Shown here: piece by piece, positions 8,096-17,506 of the stretch
How positions within the stretch are numbered: position 1 is the first letter of the stretch
Layout: each line of letters opens with the position of its first letter
IMG/VR virus record: IMGVR_UViG_3300032313_000564
Span: 4,993 to 68,992 of that record
Strand: one strand, 5' to 3'
Origin: a virus
Length of the DNA: 64,000 nt
Translations under genes and position numbers: made by a program
The notes under the pieces: model-generated
What the model was told of the DNA's origin: nothing
The model's input: only the letters and a program-made list of their open reading frames with translations
Database searches by the model: none

Positions 8096-11000
8096 TTTAT
8101 TTCCTTTACCATCATCGTTCCATCATCCAGTGTAGACAATGTAACCTTGCACTTCATTCCCTCTCTCATTTTTGCTAAAGACATTTTATACATTGTTGGA
8201 AAAGCAATGGCTCTAGTTAGCTCTTTATTTTTATTTGTTAAAATAAGGTGGCTCATCATCTTTCCAGCTTTTGTTTTATAAGGAGTAAACTTTAATACTA
8301 TATACTCATCATCAGCAATATCAAAAGAAGATCTATAAAGATATTTTACAAGAGCGTTATCCGAAGACTCATCGATATCCTTTACTGAAACAAAGCTAGC
8401 AATTCTATTGTCGCCAACAATCATAAAATACATTTGCCCAACTTCAATTTTTGTGTCTTCGCTATCAAATAGCCCTATAGATCCAGTCTCGTCTACTAAC
8501 TCAACTCTAGACCATCCAGTTCCTCGCTTAATAGACTTAACCATTCCAAACATAATGAATGAACCTAGATCATCAAACTCTTCAATTGGTTTAGCCTGTG
8601 CTTTAATCTTAGGTGGTATGCCATACAAATTAAACGTTGGTATACCAAGATACTCGTAGTAGTTATCTTTTTCGCTGCCAGTTCTTTGGTTATCACCAAA
8701 TGCTGCGGCTCCAATTGCGTTTAAAGAAGCAACAGCACGACTGTTAATTCCGCTACCCTTTTTAGAAGACTTAGTAATAAAATCAGAATAACTTGGGTAT
8801 GGTCTTAGATCAATAATTTTATTTGCAATGTTGTCAGAAATATATTTTACTTCCGCAAGACCAAATCTAATTGCGTTGTCCTGTAAAGAAAAATATAATC
8901 CAGACTCGTTGATGTGCGGCAACAAAACCTTTAGACCTAGTCGCTTGGACTCAATTAGATACTCTGTTCTGGCGTCCTTGTCATTTTCGTTTTTAAGAAT
9001 CGAGAACATGAATTCCAGAGGATAATAAGTTTTGAGCCAAGCAGTATAATAAGAAAGCATAGAGTAAGCAACAGCATGGGAACGATTAAAGGAATAGCCA
9101 GCATGAGCCTCAAAAGTATGCCAGAGCGTTTCGGCTTGCTTCTTAGTAATGTGCTTTGAAGCCCCATCAATAAAGCTATCTTTGAACTGGTCGAACTCTT
9201 TTGCATCCTTTTTCTTTCCAATAATCTTGCGGACCTTATCAGCCTCTGACCAAGTCATTCCACCCAAGTGTACACACGCCTGCATAACTTGCTCTTGATA
9301 TATAATAACACCATATGTATTCTCGGTAAAAGGCTGCATGATTGGATGTGTATAAGTTACGGCCTGATCCCCATGCTTTCTTTTAATATAAGAGTCTCCA
9401 ACAGTTTTCATAGCTCCTGGGCGTACCAATGCGTTTGATGCAGCTAAATCTTCAAATTTATCTACACCCATCTTAATCAAAAGGTTTGTATACGGGGTTG
9501 CTTCGGCTTGGAATACGCCTTTTGTATATCCTTCATTTAACATTTTATATACTTTAGGGTCATCCAGAGAAAGAGATGACAAATCTATTACATCGCCGCT
9601 TCTTTCTTTTATAGATTTTAATGTATCAGAGATTACAGATAAAGTCTTAAGTCCCAGCGCATCTAGTTTAATAAGACCTATATCTGCAACCGTATCCATA
9701 TCGTATGCGACGACAGGAATTCTTCCTGATACCTTATCTTGTGAATCTTCACGAGATTCAACTGGAGCAAACTTTCTCAAATCATCCTTTGCTACAACAA
9801 CACCAGCAGCATGAACTCCAACAGATCTAATTCTTCCCCTAAGCCTATCCGCAAGCCACACGACCTCTGGATACTTTGATCTAAATTCTTTAGTGTTTGG
9901 TGAGTCCATAAAATCTTCAAATGTATCAATTGGCTTTAGCGCTCTATTAACTTCTTGCAATGGAACCATAAATACACGGGCAGCATCTCTAATCACACCC
10001 TTGTCTTTAAAGTACGTGTAAGTTGAAATAGAAGCTACGTGCTTAAACTTTTTCTTTAAATAATCTTTAACTTCTTTTCTTCTGCGGTCCTCAAAGTCAG
10101 TATCAATATCTGGAAAGTCATTTCGTTCTGGATTGATAAAACGAAAGAAAAGCAAATCGTATTTGATTGGGTCTACGTCAGTTATTCCTAGGACATAGCA
10201 CACAAGAGAACCTGCTGCTGATCCACGACCTGGACCAACCCTAATGTCATTTTCTTTTGCCCAACCAATCATGTCTCCAACAACTAGGAAATAGCTTGCA
10301 AAATTTTTAGAAGCAATAACATCAAGCTCTTCTTGAAGCCTTGCAGCATAAATTGGATCAGAATCTTTTTTAATCCTCTTCAATCCATCTAACGCAAGGC
10401 CTTTTAGTTTCTCATCTGCATCTGTTTTTGGAACTGGAAGCAAGTCTAACCCTTGGTAGAAATCGTAATCTTCAATTTTGTTTTGAATTTCCATAGTGTT
10501 TTCGTAAATGTCTGTACGTGTTACGCCAGCCTTATTAAAATCTGATTCTATTTCAGATCGACTTTGAATAAATAAATTCATGTCTTGAAAAGATATTCTA
10601 CGATCTGGGTATAGATAGTTAAATCTTTCTAGCATGTCTTTCATGTTTCTAGACATATCAAAATCTGAATCTTTGTCTGCCTTTGGAGAAGTTGATAGTA
10701 TTAGCAATGCTTCTTCTAATATTCTATCTTCTTCTTTAGCGAAGTGAGCATCTCCTGTTGCCACCGACTTGATTCCAAGCTTGTCTGCTAATTCTAGAAG
10801 GGCAGAGTTGATCTCCACAGGGTTATGTGATTGCACTTCCACGTAAAAATCTTGTCCGAAAGTTTGTTTAAAGTCTTTGAGAAGAAGTTCTGCTTCCTCC
10901 ATGCTACCTTTATCGATAGCCTTACTAATGAGTCCGTTAAGACATCCGCTGAGAACGATAATACCTTCGCTATAATCATTTAAAATCTCCCTATCAATAC

Positions 11001-11361
11001 GTGGCTTATGATAAAAGCCTTCATTCCATGCGAGCTCTTGCAAGATATTTATATTCTCCAACCCCTTTTTATTTTTCGCTAGCAAAATAATATGGTTATA
11101 GGCTTGAATAGACTTATCTGTTTTAGAAGATCTATCAAACCTATCAGTTGGAGAAATGTACGCCTCAACACCAAGAATCGGCTTAATGCCAAGTTCCTTT
11201 GCGGCAATCTGCATATCTCTGTGTGACGAGAGAGTGCCATGGTCTGTGATTGCAATCGCAGTTTGCCCAGCATCTAACGCTGCTTGGCATAATTCTTTAG
11301 GTGAATTTAGTCCATCCATTAATGAATAATAGGAGTGAACATGTAGGTGCGTAAAACTCAT
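8092..11361 (-). CDS. dnaE: DNA polymerase III alpha subunit (DnaE-like)
   Basis: PHP domain HLHVHSYYS/TDHG, GRGSAAGS, PDIDTD, HAAG, KLDALGL, YSFNRSHA. Start set at MSFTHLH (TAATG overlap). Confidence 0.97.
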   Translation of the reverse strand: MSFTHLHVHSYYSLMDGLNSPKELCQAALDAGQTAIAITDHGTLSSHRDMQIAAKELGIKPILGVEAYISPTDRFDRSSKTDKSIQAYNHIILLAKNKKGLENINILQELAWNEGFYHKPRIDREILNDYSEGIIVLSGCLNGLISKAIDKGSMEEAELLLKDFKQTFGQDFYVEVQSHNPVEINSALLELADKLGIKSVATGDAHFAKEEDRILEEALLILSTSPKADKDSDFDMSRNMKDMLERFNYLYPDRRISFQDMNLFIQSRSEIESDFNKAGVTRTDIYENTMEIQNKIEDYDFYQGLDLLPVPKTDADEKLKGLALDGLKRIKKDSDPIYAARLQEELDVIASKNFASYFLVVGDMIGWAKENDIRVGPGRGSAAGSLVCYVLGITDVDPIKYDLLFFRFINPERNDFPDIDTDFEDRRRKEVKDYLKKKFKHVASISTYTYFKDKGVIRDAARVFMVPLQEVNRALKPIDTFEDFMDSPNTKEFRSKYPEVVWLADRLRGRIRSVGVHAAGVVVAKDDLRKFAPVESREDSQDKVSGRIPVVAYDMDTVADIGLIKLDALGLKTLSVISDTLKSIKERSGDVIDLSSLSLDDPKVYKMLNEGYTKGVFQAEATPYTNLLIKMGVDKFEDLAASNALVRPGAMKTVGDSYIKRKHGDQAVTYTHPIMQPFTENTYGVIIYQEQVMQACVHLGGMTWSEADKVRKIIGKKKDAKEFDQFKDSFIDGASKHITKKQAETLWHTFEAHAGYSFNRSHAVAYSMLSYYTAWLKTYYPLEFMFSILKNENDKDARTEYLIESKRLGLKVLLPHINESGLYFSLQDNAIRFGLAEVKYISDNIANKIIDLRPYPSYSDFITKSSKKGSGINSRAVASLNAIGAAAFGDNQRTGSEKDNYYEYLGIPTFNLYGIPPKIKAQAKPIEEFDDLGSFIMFGMVKSIKRGTGWSRVELVDETGSIGLFDSEDTKIEVGQMYFMIVGDNRIASFVSVKDIDESSDNALVKYLYRSSFDIADDEYIVLKFTPYKTKAGKMMSHLILTNKNKELTRAIAFPTMYKMSLAKMREGMKCKVTLSTLDDGTMMVKEIK

Positions 11362-11567
11362 TAGTATCCGCCCATGCATTCATTTCTTGTATGATAAAGT
11401 CTAATCTTATTCATAATTTTTTTATTTGGTGCGTAAAGATCTTCGCCGCAACACGCTGTTTTTAAGTACCACTCTTTAGCAAAAAAGTCGTATATCATTC
11501 CTTTATAGTTGGCATATTTTTTAGCTACAAATGTCTGAAAAGGATCTGGTATTTCGTATGTAGTCAT
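11361..11567 (-). CDS. Hypothetical protein
   Basis: 68-aa ORF directly after a near-consensus promoter and coupled to dnaE. Confidence 0.75.
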   Translation of the reverse strand: MTTYEIPDPFQTFVAKKYANYKGMIYDFFAKEWYLKTACCGEDLYAPNKKIMNKIRLYHTRNECMGGY

Positions 11568-11573
11568 AATGCC

Positions 11574-11602
11574 ATTCTACTAAATAACATAGGGGCAGTC
11601 AA
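11574..11602 (-). promoter_or_regulatory. Sigma70-type promoter TTGACT-17-TAGAAT, leaderless
   Basis: -35 at 11597-11602, -10 at 11574-11579, ATG 6 nt downstream. Confidence 0.7.
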
Positions 11603-11618
11603 TAGACTGCCCCTATGT
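11587..11618 (-). terminator. 14-bp hairpin after the SSB gene (probable intrinsic terminator)
   Basis: Perfect inverted repeat ACATAGGGGCAGTC-aata-GACTGCCCCTATGT; TATTT follows on the minus strand. Confidence 0.7.
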
Positions 11619-11626
11619 ATATTAAA

Positions 11627-12301
11627 TTACCAATCCATATTGCTTGTTGTAGCCGATGACTCTTCTCCAGAATTTGATGACTCTCCTGCAAAGAAAGCCT
11701 CTTGTTCTGTATATGGCAAATCACGAACTGCAGTTGTCTCTAGATCATAAAGCTCTAAAGAAGTACCATCAAATGGTGTTTCATCCTTACCTAAAGGAAT
11801 AATAGTGTAGCTTGTATCTGTTTTTGTTCCAGTGCGCTTAATGCGCCACATAAGATTTGTAATGGATCCCATTTCTCCAGCGTACTCAATTAGAGTTGGA
11901 GTGATTGTTTTTCCACTTGAACCTTGAGAAAGAATACCAACGTATGGCTCTTCCTTGCCGTCATCAATTAAAACATTAATGTAAAGTCGTGAACGACCCT
12001 TCCATCCTGCTTTGTAATCCTTGCGGTGCTGTTCGCAACCGTAGCATTTTCCTTGATCTTCCATAGAGCATAGCCCTTTACGGCGATAGTCTTTTGGATT
12101 TGTATGCTCTACAGCAATAAAGCCGAGACCATTTTTTTCGTTATATGTAGGTGAATCTGGATCTAGTTCTTGCAAGAATCGAACCTTTACGCTTTCAGAA
12201 TCCTCTAACTTTACCCAGCGAGCCTTCACTCCATCTCCGCTTGAGTGATGCGGTGTATCCATGACCTGGTTTAGGCCCTTTAGTCCTTTAACGATACCCA
12301 T
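11627..12301 (-). CDS. Single-stranded DNA-binding protein (gp32-like)
   Basis: VRFL...EH...C...CYGC Zn ligands, KRTGTKTDTSY, acidic tail ending in DW; lies between primase and polymerase. Confidence 0.75.
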   Translation of the reverse strand: MGIVKGLKGLNQVMDTPHHSSGDGVKARWVKLEDSESVKVRFLQELDPDSPTYNEKNGLGFIAVEHTNPKDYRRKGLCSMEDQGKCYGCEQHRKDYKAGWKGRSRLYINVLIDDGKEEPYVGILSQGSSGKTITPTLIEYAGEMGSITNLMWRIKRTGTKTDTSYTIIPLGKDETPFDGTSLELYDLETTAVRDLPYTEQEAFFAGESSNSGEESSATTSNMDW

Positions 12302-12350
12302 TGTATCTCCTTAGTTTGTAGTGACAGTATAAATCTGCCGTTTATTTTTA

Positions 12351-13352
12351 CTATTCGTTTTTCCAAGATTGGTACTCAATATTGGAAACTGCATTGTTTA
12401 TGCATAGCTTAATTTCCTCATCGGTCATATCGCCTGCATCTTTTGCACTGTGTGGATATATCTTACCATATTCATGCGATGCCCACAAGGTGTCTTTGTT
12501 ACGTAATCTACTTACTATTGATGATCCTAGGCTCCTGCCAGCCTCATCTGAATCAGTCATAATTATAATCTTGTTAAAATATCTATTTAATAGGTTTAAA
12601 TTTTCTTGTGACATATGACCGCCAAGCGTAGCCACGACATTAGGAAATCCAGCTTGATGCACACGGATTGCATCGAAGCTGGACTCCACAATAATTACAT
12701 TACTGCCAATTCTTTTAGCCTTATGTATATTAAATAAAGTCTTGCTCTTTGGTAAGTTGGTGCTGTTCTTAAACTTTTTATCCGATATAGATCTACCAAC
12801 AATCCCAACTGGAAGTCCGTCTGGACTATGTACTGGAACAGTAACCATATTTTGTTTAGGGGAATATCCTAGCATAAAATGATTAATTGATTCAGAGTTG
12901 ATTCCTCTTGAGGCAAAATAATCTTGGGCTTCTGTGGAAGACAATAAGTTATTGTGAAGATTCTTTAGTAAATTTTCTGGGAACTCTATAAAGTCAGGCT
13001 TATCTTCAAGAAGGTCATTGAGTTCATCCTCAAAAGAATCTTCGACTGTTTTACCATGAGACATAATTAATCTTAAAGACTGAAAGTCATTAATGTGCAT
13101 TACTCTTTTTACTAAATCATTTAGTGATCCAGATTCGCTACAAGAAGGATTAAAGCATATCCAAGCACCAGAGCTTTCATTAATACTACAACTTGGTGTA
13201 TGCGTGTTATTATGAAATGGGCAGAAGAAAGCTATCTGATCTCCAACCTCAGTTGAAAGATTAAGTCCAATAGATTTTACTATTGACTTTATCTGACCCG
13301 CTGAGTATGTCGTGGAATCAATTTGCCCTGTGATATTCCCTCTACCTCGCAT
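12351..13352 (-). CDS. dnaG: DNA primase (CHC2 Zn finger + TOPRIM)
   Basis: CPFH...TPSC...C; IVESSFDA, MTDSDEAG, KDAGD. Start uncertain (ORF is open to 13403). Confidence 0.92.
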   Translation of the reverse strand: MRGRGNITGQIDSTTYSAGQIKSIVKSIGLNLSTEVGDQIAFFCPFHNNTHTPSCSINESSGAWICFNPSCSESGSLNDLVKRVMHINDFQSLRLIMSHGKTVEDSFEDELNDLLEDKPDFIEFPENLLKNLHNNLLSSTEAQDYFASRGINSESINHFMLGYSPKQNMVTVPVHSPDGLPVGIVGRSISDKKFKNSTNLPKSKTLFNIHKAKRIGSNVIIVESSFDAIRVHQAGFPNVVATLGGHMSQENLNLLNRYFNKIIIMTDSDEAGRSLGSSIVSRLRNKDTLWASHEYGKIYPHSAKDAGDMTDEEIKLCINNAVSNIEYQSWKNE

Positions 13353-13579
13353 GCCTTCTTCTTTCCTACATATATACCATGGAGAGTCATTAAGAACTTC
13401 CATGTTTCACCAGTGAATTCTACCGAAAACGCTGAGTCTATGTCAAGTACCCTAACGTAACCCCTTGACCTCATGTCGTGAGTTAATAAAGTTTCGTACT
13501 GTGGCCTAAGACTAATTAGCTGAGAATTGTCGTAAAACGCAACTTCTATTTGAAATCTTTTAATTCTTTTGTGCGTCAT
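13289..13579 (-). CDS. Hypothetical protein
   Basis: 96-aa ORF between helicase and primase. Confidence 0.7.
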   Translation of the reverse strand: MTHKRIKRFQIEVAFYDNSQLISLRPQYETLLTHDMRSRGYVRVLDIDSAFSVEFTGETWKFLMTLHGIYVGKKKACEVEGISQGKLIPRHTQRVR

Positions 13580-14804
13580 CTTGGAATGGATTTTCGTATA
13601 TCTCCTTGATGATACCTTTATTGATATCCCAGTCTAGGAACATATTAAATTCCTGGCCGTGTCTATTCTTTCTGCTGACTACCTCAATCATATTTGTATT
13701 TGTATATTTATGAATTGCAATGGCCATATCAGCATCATATTCAATAGCCTTTGACCATGCTACCTGAGATAGCATTGGAGGGTTGTCTTGATCTGATATA
13801 TCGTCCATTGTTGCGGCAGTAATATCAATTACAGGTATTCCATTATTCATAGCAAGCATTTTAAACTCACGAGAAATATTCATGTTACGTTCAGTTGCTC
13901 CACCGCTTTTTTTGGTATCTGAAAATAGCTGGTGGTAATCTAGAATTACAAGGTCTGGCTTATGCTGATCTATCTTAGACTGAACAGTGTTAGCATTAAC
14001 TTCGCCAATTCCTTCATTAGATACTAGGATAAAGCCATTCTTATTCTCAAACTTCTTATTACCCCAAGATCTAAGATTATCTACATTGACATCTCCCCTT
14101 GCAAAATCACTAGCACGGAATAAGCCTGAGCCCATCATAGTATAAATACGGTTACGCATATCCTCTGGAGACATCTCAAGGGATATAATCATGGGCTTAA
14201 AACCCTGTTCCCAGGCCTTACAGGCTAGATAAGAGGTGAACCATGTCTTACCCCTACCTGGCCAGCCAATAGCGACTATAAGGTGCCCTGGAGCCATTCC
14301 TGTAGGGTAAGCCTTGTCTATGGCTTCAAAGCCCGTTAGGATACCTGGGCTTCCTCCCATAGCGGCTGAGCGTTCTTTTACTGACAAGAAATGCCTTTCA
14401 GCGGCATCAATATCGGTAATGTCTACGTCTCTAATATTTCCAGTAAATCTTGATAGCGTGGCAAGCTTGGCCTGCATGTCACTAATTACTCTTGAGGCAG
14501 CATCTTCTTTTAATGCTGAGCCACTTTGCAAAATAATATTTTTTAATCTGGCTGTTAGGTATTCGTTCTTTAGCTTGTCTAAATAATATCCAGTCTCAGC
14601 TTTTGTTTCTGCTGGATCAAAATCTTTAAATCTTTCCATTAGTACGCCAACCTCTGGAACCGCTTTAAACTTATAGTAATATGATTTTAGAGCATCCCAT
14701 ATATCTTTGTGCGATGTAAATAGGTCGTCAACATTATCCGCTAGCAATGTGCTGATATCTTTATTCTTGCATACTGAAGAAATTAACTCTGACTCTGTAT
14801 TCAC
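13560..14804 (-). CDS. dnaB: DnaB-like replicative helicase
   Basis: GWPGRGKT, SLEMS, ILDY, IEYDAD, KNRHG. Confidence 0.95.
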   Translation of the reverse strand: MNTESELISSVCKNKDISTLLADNVDDLFTSHKDIWDALKSYYYKFKAVPEVGVLMERFKDFDPAETKAETGYYLDKLKNEYLTARLKNIILQSGSALKEDAASRVISDMQAKLATLSRFTGNIRDVDITDIDAAERHFLSVKERSAAMGGSPGILTGFEAIDKAYPTGMAPGHLIVAIGWPGRGKTWFTSYLACKAWEQGFKPMIISLEMSPEDMRNRIYTMMGSGLFRASDFARGDVNVDNLRSWGNKKFENKNGFILVSNEGIGEVNANTVQSKIDQHKPDLVILDYHQLFSDTKKSGGATERNMNISREFKMLAMNNGIPVIDITAATMDDISDQDNPPMLSQVAWSKAIEYDADMAIAIHKYTNTNMIEVVSRKNRHGQEFNMFLDWDINKGIIKEIYENPFQDDAQKN

Positions 14805-15121
14805 TGATCTCCGCCCTCTACCAATTTCTTGGTTTTCTCAAGTAAAACAATTCTATTTTGTTTATCTTTTTCCATCTGCTGCTTTAGATCATCTATCTTG
14901 TCAAAGTTATAAAAAAAGAAAGACAGTGGGTGTCCAGACTTTGATGTTGAGAAGTAGTATATCAGAAGAGATTTTGCTCTGTCAAAGCCAACGCTATCAA
15001 GAACATCTTGCATCGCCCACTTCTCACGAAATTTATTTATTCGAGGAACTTTATTATACTTCTCTTTGTATAGAGAATCGTATAGGCTTAAAAGAATATA
15101 AGGCTCTTTATTATTTGCCAC
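14801..15121 (-). CDS. Hypothetical protein (replication module)
   Basis: 106-aa ORF coupled to dnaB. Confidence 0.7.
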   Translation of the reverse strand: MANNKEPYILLSLYDSLYKEKYNKVPRINKFREKWAMQDVLDSVGFDRAKSLLIYYFSTSKSGHPLSFFFYNFDKIDDLKQQMEKDKQNRIVLLEKTKKLVEGGDQ

Positions 15122-15314
15122 GCTTAAGCTCTTCTTCTACTTCTTGTGTTTTTTCAACCAACTTTTTTTCAACAAAGGCATAGACACGCTCAGTTGCGAC
15201 ATCGACAGTCTCTCCCTGTCTAACATCGTCTTCAATGCCAACTCCTATTTTAATGCTTTCGTAATTTCCTAAATTTCTAGTAAAGGACAAATCGACTTTT
15301 ACTCTCGTTGTCAT
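15111..15314 (-). CDS. Conserved phage hypothetical protein
   Basis: TRNLGNYESIKI motif; 67 aa. Confidence 0.75.
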   Translation of the reverse strand: MTTRVKVDLSFTRNLGNYESIKIGVGIEDDVRQGETVDVATERVYAFVEKKLVEKTQEVEEELKRGK

Positions 15315-15421
15315 TTGTGCTCCTTCTTTATGTGGTTAGATAATGTTATGTATGCAAAATCGGATCTTACTTCAAGCTCTTTATTACATGTAGGGCATAC
15401 AACTATTCGGCTACTTGCCAT
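15311..15421 (-). CDS. 36-aa C2H2-like Zn-finger protein (absent from the ORF track)
   Basis: MASSRIVVCPTCNKELEVRSDFAYITLSNHIKKEHK (CxxC...HxxxxH); ATGA overlap with the next gene. Confidence 0.65.
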   Translation of the reverse strand: MASSRIVVCPTCNKELEVRSDFAYITLSNHIKKEHK

Positions 15422-15548
15422 CCTTATCACCTTTGGCTTTAACAATTAGCACTGGCCCATTCAATGAATTCCAGTAGGCAACTTCTGCTTCTCTTTTGCG
15501 CTTCTTAGAAGCGCCAGTCTCCAGTGTATACTTCGCCATCTCAGCCAT
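15411..15548 (-). CDS. 45-aa hypothetical protein (absent from the ORF track)
   Basis: MAEMAKYTLETGASKKRKREAEVAYWNSLNGPVLIVKAKGDKDGK; TAATG overlap with the upstream stop. Confidence 0.6.
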   Translation of the reverse strand: MAEMAKYTLETGASKKRKREAEVAYWNSLNGPVLIVKAKGDKDGK

Positions 15549-16033
15549 TACTCCGCCTTCCATATAGGGATAAAGTTTCCTTCATCGTTCTTAGTATACA
15601 ATATGAAGTTGTTTTTGAAAAGACCCAGTAATTCTGCCCTTGATATTATTTCTGCTGAGTGCCCTGAGTCTAATATATGTTGGTGCACGTCTAATATGTG
15701 TTTCTGACTAAACATATACTTAGACCACTTTGTACTATCTGGCTCAGATATAGGATATATCTTTGGAGGAGTTGCCACCTTACCCTCGAGTATATAATCT
15801 TGTATGGTAACCCTATGCTTGTTAAGCATTGCAGAAACCTCAACAATAGTATAAGCATTCTCCATATGTTTTTTTACTTGCGAATAAGAATACATGACAC
15901 GCTTCCTGTCTGGATAGCACCATGCAACCATTTCGTCTTTTGATCTAGATGATCTTAAGACTTTATGTACTTTATCGTTTAAGAAGAAATACCGTAGTTT
16001 TTTTGATTTAACATCTCTTTTTGATCTAGCCAT
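15548..16033 (-). CDS. HTH DNA-binding protein (MerR/excisionase-like HTH)
   Basis: YTIVEVSAMLNKHRVTIQDYILEGKV pattern. Confidence 0.7.
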   Translation of the reverse strand: MARSKRDVKSKKLRYFFLNDKVHKVLRSSRSKDEMVAWCYPDRKRVMYSYSQVKKHMENAYTIVEVSAMLNKHRVTIQDYILEGKVATPPKIYPISEPDSTKWSKYMFSQKHILDVHQHILDSGHSAEIISRAELLGLFKNNFILYTKNDEGNFIPIWKAE

Positions 16034-16164
16034 CGTCCGAAAGCACTCGTTTCTTTATTTATCATCCATCTTTTCCCACACATACTACAAAACAATTCTG
16101 CGTGTAGCTTCTGAGAAAATACCCTATCTACAAAAACTCTTCCTTTACATTTAGCGCACCACAT
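15979..16164 (-). CDS. Zn-ribbon protein
   Basis: CAKCKG...CSMCGKR. Confidence 0.7.
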   Translation of the reverse strand: MWCAKCKGRVFVDRVFSQKLHAELFCSMCGKRWMINKETSAFGRWLDQKEMLNQKNYGISS

Positions 16165-16979
16165 TATAGACTGAACATCTTTCCATCAACCATGCATGTA
16201 TAGTTTGGAGATACGTGAATCATTTGAACATGTGGATACTTTCCATTTTCAATATGAGCAATAGCAAACCCCTTTTGCCAATCGTGATGCTGGGTATACT
16301 TCATACCTGGTCCCTTTTCATCACACATGTGACCAATCTCATATCCCCTTAATGTTTCACCCTTGCCATTATTTCTAAGTTCATAGGTAACCATATGAGA
16401 AGCAATTCTGTGAGAGTGTCCTCTAATTAAAGACACCTGCATATCTTCCATATCTTTTCTTACTGCTCCAGTTGCAGAGATTGACATACCGTGATGTACG
16501 TGAATATCTCCAAAGCGTTTCTTAGGAAGGCTGTCATAATAAATATAGTCATACCCCAATGAGTCTAAACTCCACAAAGCTTCTGGAGTAACGTGCTTAG
16601 CATACTCTGGAATCTTTTTACCAAGGTAATCAAATATTCTAATGTCGTGATTTCCTAGTGCGGAAAACAACTGCGCCTTTGGCATCATCTTTCTTGTGCG
16701 TGTATAAAATTCTCTGGCTCCGCTAGATTCAATTCTCATGTCCTTAAGCATTAGCTCTAGGTCGTTTACAACATTATCGTCTTTGTAAGCTTTAATAAAC
16801 TCTGTAGGCTTGCCGTCTGTATATTTACTATAGCATGCCTGATCATCTGTATCGCCAAGGTAATCAACGACATCTGGCTTAAACCACTTCATAACCTTAA
16901 ACCAAAGCTCAATCATCTTATCGTCTTGGTACGGGAACTGCTGGTCCGAAGACAGCATCCATTTTAAATCGTTACTCAT
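16164..16979 (-). CDS. Calcineurin-like metallophosphoesterase
   Basis: SDxQ, LGDTDD, GNHD, HG, GHSHR motifs. Confidence 0.88.
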   Translation of the reverse strand: MSNDLKWMLSSDQQFPYQDDKMIELWFKVMKWFKPDVVDYLGDTDDQACYSKYTDGKPTEFIKAYKDDNVVNDLELMLKDMRIESSGAREFYTRTRKMMPKAQLFSALGNHDIRIFDYLGKKIPEYAKHVTPEALWSLDSLGYDYIYYDSLPKKRFGDIHVHHGMSISATGAVRKDMEDMQVSLIRGHSHRIASHMVTYELRNNGKGETLRGYEIGHMCDEKGPGMKYTQHHDWQKGFAIAHIENGKYPHVQMIHVSPNYTCMVDGKMFSL

Positions 16980-16994
16980 TGTCTACCTTTACGC

Positions 16995-17019
16995 AAAAAA
17001 AGTCACGGGTACGTGACTT
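16995..17019 (-). terminator. Intrinsic terminator at the end of the structural module
   Basis: Minus strand AAGTCACG-tacc-CGTGACTT followed by TTTTT. Confidence 0.7.
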
Positions 17020-17021
17020 AG

Positions 17022-17060
17022 ATGTTACAGTAATTGTAACATATTGGTTTAGCTTGTCAA
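17022..17060 (-). promoter_or_regulatory. Promoter TTGACA-16-TACAAT (with extended -10 TG) overlapped by the palindrome ATGTTACA-N5-TGTAACAT
   Basis: -35 at 17055-17060, -10 at 17033-17038, inverted repeat at 17022-17042. Confidence 0.6.
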
Positions 17061-17064
17061 TAGT

Positions 17065-17505
17065 TTAAGCTAGTGTTCCTGTAGCAAACATATCAAATGT
17101 TACTGAGGCTGAAGCAGCGCCTGCGCCAGATCTAACCACAAAAGACATGCTGGTTGTATCTACGCTGGTAACAATTATGTGCATTCTGGACTGAGCTTCA
17201 CTTAAAGAAGCCGCTCTTGGCTGAACCCAACATGATGGCGTTTGTGCAAATGTACTTCCAAATGTCCATGTATATTTTGCAGATGGAGTTTTTGATGGGT
17301 TTACTGTCATGGTTTTTGGCTTTGTTATTGTGGTGCCAGAGACCTTGGTTTCAACAGTATCTGTTTTATTTGTAATACTGATTGCAGAAGAATTTGTACC
17401 CTTTGCAATTAACTGAATATTAGCTACCATTGTTTTTAAAAGGTCCGCTGTAACAGGATCTCCATCCTGAATAAGCATATCTTTAATAGGTACTGCGTCG
17501 CCCAT
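17065..17505 (-). CDS. Minor tail/tip protein (beta-rich, lectin-like C-terminus)
   Basis: WTFGSTFAQTPSC...ATG ending typical of tail-tip domains; last gene of the tail operon. Confidence 0.6.
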   Translation of the reverse strand: MGDAVPIKDMLIQDGDPVTADLLKTMVANIQLIAKGTNSSAISITNKTDTVETKVSGTTITKPKTMTVNPSKTPSAKYTWTFGSTFAQTPSCWVQPRAASLSEAQSRMHIIVTSVDTTSMSFVVRSGAGAASASVTFDMFATGTLA

Positions 17506-17506
17506 A

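Noticed and set aside
8092-11361. Possible inteins or introns in DnaE, DnaB, RecA or TerL
   Set aside because: Lengths are normal, motifs are contiguous and no Hint blocks are visible.
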